The notes beneath the pieces were generated by a model. It ran no database searches. It was not told where the DNA came from and worked only from the letters and a program-made list of their open reading frames with translations. A program made the position numbers and the translations under genes. Positions 41,690 to 53,575 of a DNA stretch of 64,000 nucleotides are shown here, piece by piece (the stretch's first letter is position 1; each line of letters begins with the position of its first letter). Source of the stretch: Phoronis australis (lineage: Eukaryota; Animalia; Phoronida); assembly GCA_002633005.1 (NCBI GenBank), contig NMRA01000174.1:704047-768046 (forward strand). The letters are read 5' to 3'.

Positions 41690-44600
41690 TTATCCATAGA
41701 TGGGGTTGTGTTCGACGTAGTAGTCGTCTCTCTCGACGTACCAGGGCTCTAGTACCGGTTTACTAAAAAGGCAAAAAAGCAATTCAAAATAAGTGCACAT
41801 GTATCAAGCAGACAGAGAACATTTCATGGTTTCTAGGTCACAAGTTAAGAAAGTATCAAATACAAAAATCTATCTCAAATTTAGAGTTTGCCGGAAATCA
41901 AAATGGGGTTCGCATATATCTATTTGTTATGTATTTATCAATAAATAAATTTGAGACTAGGGTTTTTATATTCAGCGAATAGGCTGTTACGCGAATAACT
42001 TCGATTCGAATACCCTTGACTAGCGCATATCGGAATTTCGTAAATGGGCCCTGTGCGGTTTTACGTAAATACGTAAATTTATAGAACAGGTACAAGCCAA
42101 AATGCGCCCAGGATACTTTTTCGGAATTACGAACGGGTGGGTGCTTCAGGAAAAAGGTAATGCATTAATTTTGGGCTACATACACTAGAAGCATGCAAGG
42201 GCGGGAGTGAATACTGCCTCCCGTTCAGTAACGCTAGGACCTCGCAAAAAAGCAAGACTTCGCGAGAATACGTGAGATTTCGCCGTGCATTTTGAAAAAG
42301 AACACGTGACTTTGGCTAGGTTTTAGCTAGGTCCTAGCGTAGGTCCTAGCGTCTACTGAACGCACGCCTGGTTTAACAGGACCCTATAGCATACAAATAA
42401 GAACCAGTCTCGAGGGTACTTCCATGACATATGGATTTAGGCTCCTCGGTCAACATCATTACGGAAGTTATCGTAATGCGTTTTAGCCAACCAGATGAAA
42501 ACAGATCATTTTATGGGCTGCCCAAAAACATAAAATACACTACCCGATGTTTTAAACAGGCGAAGTTCCCCGGCGATCCAGCATCGAAGCCGAAGCCAGG
42601 ACAGCGTTCCGTAGACCCAACAAGACCCTCGAAGATTTGCATGGTGTTTTTACGAGTTTATCGAGTCTACGGAACACAACTGATAAGCAGTTTAAGACAG
42701 GAAATGCGTACCATTAACGCCATTACTCACCAGATCCACAACAACATGCTGGGGATCACGTGCCTACTTTGCCAGTACTTTAACCAGTCGATGGGGATTG
42801 GGCAGTTGGGTCCCGGTTATTGAAAATCCTCCAGAACAGATGGAAATACAACCACAACAAACTAATATCTGCGTGATTCTTACCTGCTGGCTCTGACCAA
42901 TCTCGGAACTTTCAGTCTGTAATACGAAAAAGCACATGACACTATTAGCCAACTTGTGAGTCACTCAACTAATATTGTATGGCCGCTGGGGCTGTCTTCT
43001 CTCTCTCGAAAATATGACCATGTTACAATGGCTAGGGAAGTCAGGTGAAAGGTCTTTTTCAAACTCTGGTCCCTTTCTTTAGAATCAACATTACAGTGTG
43101 AAGGCCGTCTAAAACGATCCAAATTACCTATGGTCAGGAATAAAATAAAATCTACATTGGTCAAGGCTGCCTACTGCACTTAGTACTATTTATTTCAAAC
43201 TGTTTCTGTTGTTCTTGTAACTTAAAGGTGTTCCTCTGTTTTAAATTAAAGCAACATATTTTTGTATGTTTATTTTATTTTTATACACGTCTTTATTATT
43301 TAACAATATTTGTATAAAAATATCTTAATCTGTATTGTCTTATTATTTCATACCTATTTATTCTCTATTATTTGTAATCTTAGTTTCTCAGTGTCCTGTC
43401 TTGCTTTGTAAAGTCTCACTGATTACTGTAAACCTATACGATTTATCGACATCTTAATGCCCAATGCATATTCAGCGTCCGCTTTCTGTTATTTTTGTTC
43501 ACCGTGTCACTCAGTAATACTTCACTTCTCCGTATTCGTATGTGGGTCTATTATTAGTTAGGGTAAATTAGGTACGGTAACGCAAAATACGGCGGATTAC
43601 AGCTCTACCCATGTTTGCTTGAAAGCTGTATCTCGTCCTGATTAGCTGGCTAAAAACGAAAATCGAATTTTGCTTTTTACTTTCATAAAATCGGTCTAAT
43701 ACATGTACACTTCATAGCGTGATAGGGTTCAGTTTCAGTTAACAACTCGAGTCACAGCCAATGCGTACGTGTGCCAATTTCGAATCCGCAATTTTAGGGC
43801 TAGCCAAGTAGCCAACTCCAGTAAACTCTTTTTGAGTCGCTGATGGCTTCAACTCCCTGTTGTTAACGGAAATGGAGTCCTATCGCGGCAAGAAATATTT
43901 TGAGCACGTGAGATTAAAAGACCTAAGTCGATTTCTGTTTTTAGCCAAACTAGACATGGGGAAATACAGCTATTACCCAAATTTAGGGATCACGGAAATA
44001 ATGGCTCACTGGGAACATTTTACAAATTCGTGAAACTTCCAGTCTCAAAGAAGAAATCAGAGTTGATATTTTGTTGATAAATTATGACCCTAATGTCCCG
44101 ACGGGAATGAGCGACATTCAAATAAGAAGTGAGGGCCGGTGGCAAGCAGAGAATAAAGCAATGCAAGCGGCAGATAACAGATTGATTTTCTGATTACAAG
44201 AGAAAGGAGAGAGCATCAGAGAGAGTTTCTACAATTTTGTGCGCCGGACTGTCAGGATTGAATTGTGAACTTTATGCCCGCGACAATAGAATTGCGCCAA
44301 GGTAGCGTTATTTTTAATAGTTCCACATCTTTGTTCTACATGTCACCATCGATCATTTGTGTCGAAGTCTACTTTGCCTGGGTAATGCTACGAGCTAACT
44401 TGAAGAGTAAAACAAGAGATGAGTCGTCTAAAAATGTCATTCATTTTGTCATACATGTAAAAAACAAATAAAAACAAAGACTCTGCAAGATGGGCACGAG
44501 AAAAGAAAACGCCAAACGTCATCCTTATTCAGATTAGGGTCTATTATTCCTTTGTACACGCAAAAAAATTCCAGAAGTGTAAAACAACAAAAATGTTTAG

Positions 44601-47600
44601 GTATTAGTCCAGTAGATTCGATCAGACCTAGTGATTGTATCAGGAAACCAAGGTCAAAAAGCATAATACTGGATTGTGGATTCTTAAAGCTGCGTTGCCA
44701 CTTATTATAAAGCTCCAAAATACTTTTACTGTTTGGAGCTTCCAAGTTAAAGAATTTTAAATTTTCGTCAAACCAGCCCAAAATAGCAGTTTTTTAACCC
44801 TATTCATTTACCTGATATCGTATTCATCGATGACGGCATCTTCCGATGGCACAGCGGGTTCTTTTTCATCAGTACTGGCATAACGGGGCAGCGAACCTGG
44901 CGGTAGATAAAATGTCTTGCTGCTGTACTTTGGTGGAAAAGTTCTGGAAATAGATATACGCCTATACGGTTAGTCCATGGCTAGCTAGCCAAGGATTTTT
45001 TTCTTGCACCTTTGTTACTGTATTTATACTGACAACACCTATCTATCTATCTACCTACCTACCTACCTACCTACCTACCTACCTACCTACCTACCTACCT
45101 ACCTACCTACCTACCTATCTATATCTTTATCTATATCTATATCTACATGTATATCTATATCTGTATATAAATAATAAATTTGAGTCCGTCAAAGTAAAAT
45201 TACGCCATTGCAATTATATTTCGCTGCATATCTTTTTCAACATTTCACCAATGACTAAGTTAGTTTTCATTTTTGAATTTGCGTTTTCGTATATAAACGA
45301 AAAAAAAACAATTTCCTGAAATGTGATAATGCTTAGTTGACCCGTCGATTGGTGAAAGTAGTAAATTCGAGCCCTTTGATTAAATCAGGAAACAAATGAC
45401 AAAAAGTGCTATACTGGCTTTTGTGTAGTCTTGAAATGTTGTTGACTATTGACAGGTTAAGGTACTTCCACCTTTTGAAAGTTCGGAAATTTCAGATGAC
45501 GCGCAATCCAGTGCAGGGTGGTTACTTTCTGACGGAAATTATTTACCCGATATTGTACACATCATTCTGTACGAAAGGATCAGGTGACGTTGGTTCTCCG
45601 TCATCACTGTTCACACAACGAGGCAGCGAATCTGGCGCTGGAAGGAACATTTTGCTGCTGTACTTTGGTGGAAAAGGTCTGGAAATAAATACACGCTATT
45701 CATTTAGTCCATGGGTAGTTTGGTATTTTTTCTTTCTCGTTTATTTTGTTACTGTATATACAAGTTAGAAGTGTCCCATAAAAACGATTGCTTGAATAAA
45801 TGCAAAGATTAATAGGTCCCTTTCGACAACTCTATATTACTCAAATATCTTAAAAGCTGTAAATTTTAACTGTCAGTAAAATTATGAATTTTTTGCCAAG
45901 ATGTCCTCGACTGGGTCATGTGACCACGTCTGTTAAGTTTTAGGAAAAAGGCAAAGGTACATTTATAGCAAATAACATAGCGCAGAAATGATGACGACAT
46001 TTTGCAGGCCAGGTTCAAATCATGTTGATAAATCATGCGCTCATTGTCGGCCTAGGAATAAAAAATATTGATGATTCAAACAAAAAAATACGTGGAGACT
46101 GGTTAACAGAAAACAAAAAAATGAAACGCAATTTCGAAATAGAGCCTGCTTTTTATTACAAGAATTGGGACAAGCATAGGAAAGAGCCGGGTTGTCCGGC
46201 GTCTATTATGAATTTTGCTCCCGTCATAATGAAATACATAGCGCAATTGTAGCAAGTATAAATTTGAATTCTGCCACCAAAGTCACAGTTGTTTACTTTC
46301 CACGTAAACAACGCTTGATGAACAAATGGTTACCTGTGATTTTGAAGGTCTTCTTCGTGATGATCATCATCAATTTCGTACATGCCCCTTTTTCGGGGAT
46401 CGTCGCCTGTTCTGTACGAATGGTTGTTCTCACCAAGGTGGTAATAATCGGTTATAACCTTGAGTAGTCGAGGACACCACCAACCCCGTTTTATGTCATC
46501 TGGTCTGAAGCAAAAGTACCACACCGCCATGGTGGTAGTAATTAACAGTAAAATCGCGCCGAGTATGCTACACACCAAGACGAGAATGAGAGTTGACGAG
46601 GACATCGTAGGTTCTGAAATAAGGAAACGGCGATTGATAATCTCTCCTAGTCTCAGTTTTCCGTGTGGTTTTAAATTGAAAGCTGAGACATTTTATACCT
46701 AACATACCATGACAGCAGATTTCAACCAATGAGACTGCAGGTTTTCAGTCACACTTTCGCAGAAATGCAGTGTTTTGTAAGCAGATTCTTTTTGAAAAAG
46801 CCTGCAATCTTAATTTATCGACAGTTGTCGTGAACTTTCAAGTTCGCGGGGAGAAATTCAGTTAAAACGGAATACCTCCCCGCGCGTCAGATTTTCGCCG
46901 AGTCTCGGACTTCTTCATGATTATTGTCATAAACCACTGATTATAATTCATGAAGAGTTTTGGAGAATTTGGAATTGAATTGCAAGAACTGCTCAGCAAC
47001 AGAAACGTTTCGCGGTTATCCATTCGTTTTTAACAATCGATAGGTATCACCGACTAAGCTGGGATCATTTCGCATTTTACAACACGCAGTGTAGCTGCTT
47101 TTTATTAAATTCTTTTCCTGAGGATAGTATAGGTCTATATTATACGTGAAGCAAGTTCAGTATCATTCAAAATTGCCAGCAGTTTTAGGTTGTACCGTTA
47201 CCGAGAAACTTTCTGAGCGGGCCCTGGGAAGACTGCAGACTTGAGCCACTAAAAGTGTGGGAACTAATAATTTCATCTCCTTGCGTGTAAAAGAACCACA
47301 CAATGAACTGCAGCCAGAGGACAAATAATTTGGTCAGATAATTTCACGCAACAATGTGATGATTATTGTCTCAGTCCTAGTTTACCACTCACTCTGGAGC
47401 CGCATTGTTTAGGTAGCAATACTTCTGGGCTGTTGCTCCACAGGAAATTACTTGTTTACGAAAAGGTGGGTACTTTCTCACGTGCTTTCGTCCACTGTCG
47501 ACCCAGAACCCCTGTGCTGACGAACCCGTACGCCTAAAACTTACCTGAGCAAACTGGATCTGGTTTGTCCCACTCGCCATTGGGCTTGCACGTGACGTAG

Positions 47601-48249
47601 CTGTAACTACTGGATATTACGTAATTATCCGTTTTACACTTGAATCCAACTACCGTCCCTGCGGCTCTTTTGGTTGTATTGGGCAAAGCCTGATAGGGAT
47701 CCGTCAAGTCAACCACTTGCCGTTTACTGACACATGGCACTGAAAAACACGGCATCGATTGAAGTCAAATCTAGCTACGTTAGTATACGCCTCTGCATAC
47801 ATAATGAAAACTGTAACAGCGTTTTTGAGATTTCATCTTTAAAATTTATGTCAAACATGAATACCGTTGCTTTTGTTATAAATGCACTTTCCATTTAACC
47901 AAATTTCACTAAAAGACTTCATCATGTGGCCAAATTGATGGCAGATTGTTAAAAATCGAAAATCGAATTTTAGAGGCTTTCTTGCATACTTGAATGGGTT
48001 TTAGGCTGCGCTTCGTTATCTTCTCAGACCAAGCTCATAAAATTTCAGGTCACAGAGTGACTTTAAAGTTGTTCTGAAGAAATAACGAATTGTCAGTTCT
48101 TGCCGAACCTAGAGATCACACTTAGTACTAAGTAACTTTGTACAAGACATGAACAACGGTAAGTGGCTTAAATCAAAACTTGTTATAGAAAACAAGTGTT
48201 TGATGCAGTTTTAAGATAACTTACCTGTGAAGTCTCTCATCTTTGTCAT
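41690..48249 (-). CDS. Single-sushi single-pass membrane protein, paralog B (~289 aa; two PPxY, one LPxY, C-terminal NPxY)
   Basis: Exons: 48249-48225 (MTKMRDFT|GTAAGT); 47739-47545 (195 nt, sushi); 46613-46334 (TM LILVLVCSILGAILLLITTTMAVWYFCF); 45678-45547 (132 nt, FPPKY); 44943-44812 (132 nt, FPPKY...LPRY); possible 33-nt microexon 42916-42884; 41762-41690 (KPVLEPWYVERDDYYVEHNPIYG*). All GT-AG and phase-compatible. Confidence 0.85.
42223..42361. mobile_element. GTTCAGTAACGCTAGGACCT MITE family, copy 2 (intron of paralog B)
   Basis: Same inverted repeat and internal sequence as 28011 and 51108. The right arm has a duplicated TAGGTCCTAGCG. Confidence 0.85.
45038..45165. repeat. (CCTA)n / (CTAT)n microsatellite
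   Basis: Direct reading. Lies in the intron between the two duplicated PPKY exons. Confidence 0.95.
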
Positions 48250-48330
48250 ATAGATTTCTTTCTCTAAAACTTCGACACTTTCTTCACAAGAGGTTGGTGG
48301 ATTATGACCACTGTTTCAAGATTTACGAAA

Positions 48331-48336
48331 TATATA
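48331..48336 (-). promoter_or_regulatory. Probable TATA box of paralog B
   Basis: TATATA about 85 nt upstream of the ATG at 48249. Confidence 0.55.
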
Positions 48337-50464
48337 CAGCGTTCCATCACAAAGTACATGGGGCGCTACAATTGGTTATGTTGGTCACGTGGGTGTAACA
48401 ATTAACTCTTTTTGCTTGTAGCCACTGACAAGAGACGTTACGTGAAACATGTCTTTGCGTCTTATAAGTAGTACAAAAACGGTTAACAAATGTAAAAACG
48501 ATGGTTTTACGGTTACTTGATGTCTCATTTTCAAAAACTTCACGCAAACCACATAAAGAAATCTGTCAACAGTTGATTTTTGGGAGTGATGTGTCTGTTG
48601 AAATCCTCCTGAAATTTCAAATTCCGTATACGTAAGTGACGATAACCCTGGATGAGGTATCAAATGAAAACAAATACCTTGAAAAAGACTATATTCAATG
48701 AAAATAAACATCAGAGAGCAGTTATAGGTCTACCTAGAAAGCGCTAACCTTGGCGGAGGTAGGGATAGATTCATTGAACTTTGTCATGACGTATGTTTTA
48801 TGCTAAGTTTCGTTGAATTGTTTATTTACTGAATAATGAAATGATCTAATCTAGTCACTGAAAACAAGTTTCAAAATTGATTAATTAAATATTGGAAGAC
48901 ATGATTTATTCCAAGTTAAATGGCCCCCGAAACGTATATACATGTGTACAAAGTTCACAAATTACAGCAGTAATGACAACAACCCAAACATTTCAAGTTT
49001 CTTTGGAAACAGTTTTATCTTCGCGTTTCTTCAGCTTTTGTAAAATGTTTGCATAAATTTCTTATAAAAGCCACATTTTTAGACAACAAAATGTAATAAA
49101 ACAATGATTTTAGAATTATGGTGTGTAACATATTCGATTTTCCGTGATTCAGCAGTTTCAAGCTACACGTGAGTTCTTTCCACGTGGCGAACCAGGCAAG
49201 GTACTAAACACTGACCAGAAGAAACAATTTCGACTAAATTATCAAACAGTCATTCCCCAAGTTGGAAGGCACGGCGCTAGTAGAATGAGTTCACGAACTT
49301 GATTGACGCCGAGATCTGTCGTATATGACACGATCAACCAAATTTGTAAAATAATAGCATATTAAACCGCCGACTGACGTTTTGAGAGAGGAGGAGCTGT
49401 CAGTCCTTCCTTAAACCAGAAACCACTTCCGTCTTACCTAAGGATCAAATTGAAAACACTATCAAGATGAGTGATCTAAATCAAAGTTCATTTTCGCAGA
49501 AGACATTAAAGTTAGCGGCCGTCAACACAGCTACGAGATATTTGTTTTCAAATGAAAGCCAATGCATTGATGAATACACACAACAGGCTTGAAAAAATCG
49601 GTAATCAAAAACTCTAAAATAGAATGTCTAAGTTCGGTAGTAGACCAGCGTCTTCCCATACCTATCACATGCTTATGGAAATGTCACGTCATTTCTCCAT
49701 TGCATAATCTCCAATTGTGAATATACAGATAATTGAGTCTGCCGCTGTTTTCTGCTCCTTACCAAGGGATCAATTTGTACCCGGTAACGGCCCTGGAGGG
49801 ATAATTTTGTTATGCACTAAGATTAGACAATGGTGTCAGATACGATGTTTAGTTTTACCTCAACTTGTAACAAACGTCGGTTTATAATAAGTCGAAGGAT
49901 ATTTCTATAACATGTCATAGCCTGCTAAACATGTGTCAACGCAATACGGCAACACATAGCCTTTGTGCAAATAATATGTGACGAAAAATGGGTTATCTAA
50001 ATATTTTTCGTTTATGTTTCAGATTGATTTACAAACCTGTTGCTTCAATATAAATATAATTTGAACTAATATAATATATCATATAATTATATACTATAGT
50101 ACATTCAAATATATTCCAGGTTGCCAATGTGTTTTTGTTAGACATTAGTCTGCAGTTTCACAGTGTTTTCAACTTATCACGTTTCTTATTCTTTCTTACC
50201 AATTTTTTCACTGCAAATATATCTCATTCTATTTGTTAATGAATTTTCAATTTCTCCTAGAGCATTTTTACTACGACCAGCTTGTGAACAAGCCCATCAA
50301 TAAATAATTTTCTGTAAATTTTATCGAAATTGACAAATCGACAAATAGCACATCAATAGACAAAGTCGAGAGTTGTTATTAACAATGATTGTTCTCAAGT
50401 TCTATTGTCCTCACTACAAAAGGTCCACTTCGCAAAACGTGATGAAAATGCAACACCACTCGTC

Positions 50465-50522
50465 ATTGGCTATTCAAAGGGTAGTTACGCGAGCCAATAG
50501 TAGCCCAGGACGCGCTTTATAA
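50465..50522 (+). promoter_or_regulatory. CCAAT boxes and TATA box of paralog C
   Basis: ATTGG (~50465), CCAAT (~50494) and TTTATAA (50516-50522), about 90 nt upstream of the ATG at 50610. Confidence 0.6.
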
Positions 50523-50609
50523 CTACTCAGCACAGCCCCTTACAAGAGGACGAGTGAGAACGTAGTGTGGATACTGTGTTTGTAAAAGTAGGAAAGGACA
50601 ACAGAAAAA

Positions 50610-53575
50610 ATGACAAGTAAGTTAAATCATTCTTTGTAACTCGGCTCCACAGAATATGACATGAATGCTAGAAAAAATAAGCACACAGAGGTTTGAAGGT
50701 GAAATGATTTGTGTTACTTAATTCACAACACCAAATTCGACTGATTTTACAGAAAAGACTAGGACTGCGGCTCTTAAAATATTACGTAGACCACAGTTTA
50801 TTCGCATGTTTGACGTGCATTTCAGCCCAGTGTTTGAGTAAACGAACGACAATTGACCCCACCGATCCATACCAAGCGTTTGCGAATACAAGTAATTCAG
50901 ACGTGGGAACGGTAGTTGGGTTCAAGTGCAAAACAGCTAATTACGTTATATTAAGCAGCTACGACTACGTCACATGTCAAGCCACTGGCCAATGGGACAA
51001 ACCCGAACCAGTTTGCACAGGTGAGTGTCTTTCTTACGCATGACATTGGCTGCACTTGATTGATTTCGCCGCTTCCGCCTGTCAACCGGCTAGGGCATCA
51101 GCCTCCTGTTCAGTAACGCTAGGACCTCGCTAAAAAGCAAGACTTCGCGAGATTACGTGAGATATTGCCGTGCATTTTAAATGAGAGCACGTGACTTTGA
51201 GTAGGTTTTAGCTAGGTCCTAGCGTCTGCTGAACGCACGCCTGGCTTGTGCTGGGGTCTCGCTGTGACGCAACATGGCACGAAAAGGATTACATTTGCAT
51301 GATTGAACTCGCGTTTTTCTTATTTCACTAAGGCTTTGCTAGGACTATTTGATTTTTAACTGGTTCACCCGGTAAGCACACTATAGTGGGCTCAGCCATA
51401 CATCCCGCTATCGAGGCAATTTGTGACTGTACAAATTAAGGATTTTTGAACCAGCCTCTAAGGCTGTTTTCTCTACTGGTTGAAACTTGAACGAAATAAG
51501 AAATAAATGATATTTCATAAATACATCCAGTTGCCTTAATTCTAAAGTGGCTTGTTCTCGCAAACTAGTTCGTCCTTCAACTTCATGAGTGGGTGGAGGN
51601 NNNNNNNNNNNNNNNNNNNNNNNNNNNNNNNNNNNNNNNNNNNNNNNNNNNNNNNNNNNNNNNNNNNNNNNNNNNNNNNNNNNNNNNNNNNNNNNNNNNN
51701 NNNNNNNNNNNNNNNNNNNNNNNNNNNNNNNNNNNNNNNNNNNNNNNNNNTTTATTTCAGACCCCCTGCATACTCCGTCAAATATTCTTCTCATGAGCGT
51801 CTGTACCATAGTTGGTGGAACTATACTTGTAGTTCTGAGTGCCTTAATAACTTGGTACTGTCTCTGGAAGAGTGCGAATAACGAGGGACGGCGGGCAGAC
51901 GCACATAGGGAAACAACAAGGATAGCCAGACATGATCACCTAAGTGTTCGACGCCCAAGTGACTACCTGCCCAGTTACAATCTTGGTTATTCTGATCACA
52001 ATTTTCATACAAACGGGTACATATTCTCACCAACTATTGCATTATTGTCACTTGAACTGAGTGATAAAATCAGCCATGCTCATGACCATTAAAAGAGCGT
52101 TATCGGTTTTTACGAACAAAAGCGCATTTTTTGTTATTATTGCTCGATGAGTGAAACTCTTGAAAAAACACGAAAATACATGCCCTTTCTATTTTATTAC
52201 AAATTGGTCAATTCTCATAATTGTCAACAACATGTGCGTTGAACTGCGTTCACGAGCATACTGCGTTCAGTTGGGGATAGTCTCAGAACATCCTTTTCTC
52301 TCCTATAATGTCACTTTAAAACCGCATGCAGCGGCAAGTTTAAAATCATATCGGTTCATGATTTGGAGTGGAACCCCTTGTTTTTTTAATACCGCGAGTC
52401 AGCGGTACCGTCCTAATTTCACGTGATAAAACCAAGGACCGAAGAGAGTTCATGCATCGCATGGGGGAAAGGTTCACCACCGCTAACATTATTTATTCCA
52501 GTTTGAATATAGCATTTTTGCGAAATTAATGTTGTTTGGCACAGTAAAACACCAAACAACTATTTAGAGTTACCAGTGAACGCTGGATAATCTGAGTAAA
52601 ACAGTATTCATGTCATGCACAAACCAGAACCCAGGGGCGGATCCAGGATTTTGAGTTGGGTGTGAGGCAGGGCCAGGAATAACCAGAATTTCGGCAGATG
52701 CGCGCGCCCAGCATAAAATGTAGGGATGCAGGAGTCTCAAATTTTTGGGTTTGCGGACCTTTTGACTAAAAAAAAACGGTAAACGGGGTTTGTTCAGGGC
52801 CTTTGCATTGTTTTAAAAACCCCCGAGCCCCCCAGGTTGCGCGTATGTGCTAGTCAGCAATTTGCATTCGAACTGCCAAATGGTACCTGGTAGAATTTTA
52901 GGGGGCCCATGGCCCCCTCGGCCCCCCTAAATCCGCCACTGGAACCTATTCTATTTTTGGTCTTAGCTTGCATGACATTTCGAAAGTTATGTATTAAATT
53001 TACGTGACATGAATACTGGACTCACAGGTTGGTCCTATTATTCACCAGTGCCTCTAGACAGCTGGTTGCTCCTGAGTGTTCGCAAACATTTATTTAGTGG
53101 AAATAGTTGCATGCAGGCTGTGCGAAAGCAGTTAAAATGTCGATTACAATCCAGTTCGTGACGCTCGAAGCGAACCTATGAATGATAGAGACTTCTAAGT
53201 TTTAGGCGACAGGGGTGAAATGTTCCCGGCTAGAAACAATCTGATTGAGACTTCGGTCCAGTATAAACGCAGGTATTTTGTAATGTACATGCAAAACAAA
53301 TATTTCCATATTTCCAAGTCGTATGCTAAGAAAATCGACAGGAAGTGATTCGAATGTTTGTCCACCTGTAGTAAATAAACTCCTGTCGGCGTTATAGCTT
53401 GGAAGTGCCTGGTCTTGATATAATTTTATGATTTATTGACCCTGTAGTACTCTGATCATTGTGGAGCAAAAATTCCAGCAACAATTTTTTTTGTCTTTTT
53501 AGTAAAGCGACGATAGATCCGTGGACGGTAGAGCAAGATGTGTACCATGACAACAACCATCATATCTATGTTTGA
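50610..53575 (+). CDS. Single-sushi single-pass membrane protein, paralog C (~176 aa; LPxY)
   Basis: Exons: 50610-50616 (ATG ACA A|GTAAGT); 50826-51020 (195 nt, sushi); 51761-52016 (256 nt, same length as paralog A's TM exon; TM ILLMSVCTIVGGTILVVLSALITWYCLW; DYLPSY); 53503-53575 (73 nt, same length as paralog B's last exon; KATIDPWTVEQDVYHDNNHHIYV*). An N gap lies in intron 2. Confidence 0.85.
51108..51234. mobile_element. GTTCAGTAACGCTAGGACCT MITE family, copy 3 (intron of paralog C)
   Basis: Near-identical to 42223-42361. Confidence 0.85.
51600..51750. other. Assembly gap (151 N)
   Basis: Run of N. Single Ns also occur at 4209, 17423, 57823, 60552 and 62455. Confidence 1.
52632..52941. 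mobile_element. MITE with 5-bp TSD, carrying a nested second MITE (~52697-52847)
   Basis: CAGGGGCGGAT...ATCCGCCACTG flanked by GAACC on both sides. Backbone is the reverse complement of 24521-24673. Insert ATGCGCGCGCCCAG...CAGGTTGCGCGTATG resembles the 25099/38119 family. Confidence 0.8.

Noticed and set aside
51408-51881. ORFs containing X runs
   Set aside because: Artefacts of the 151-N gap; only 51761-52016 is supported as an exon.
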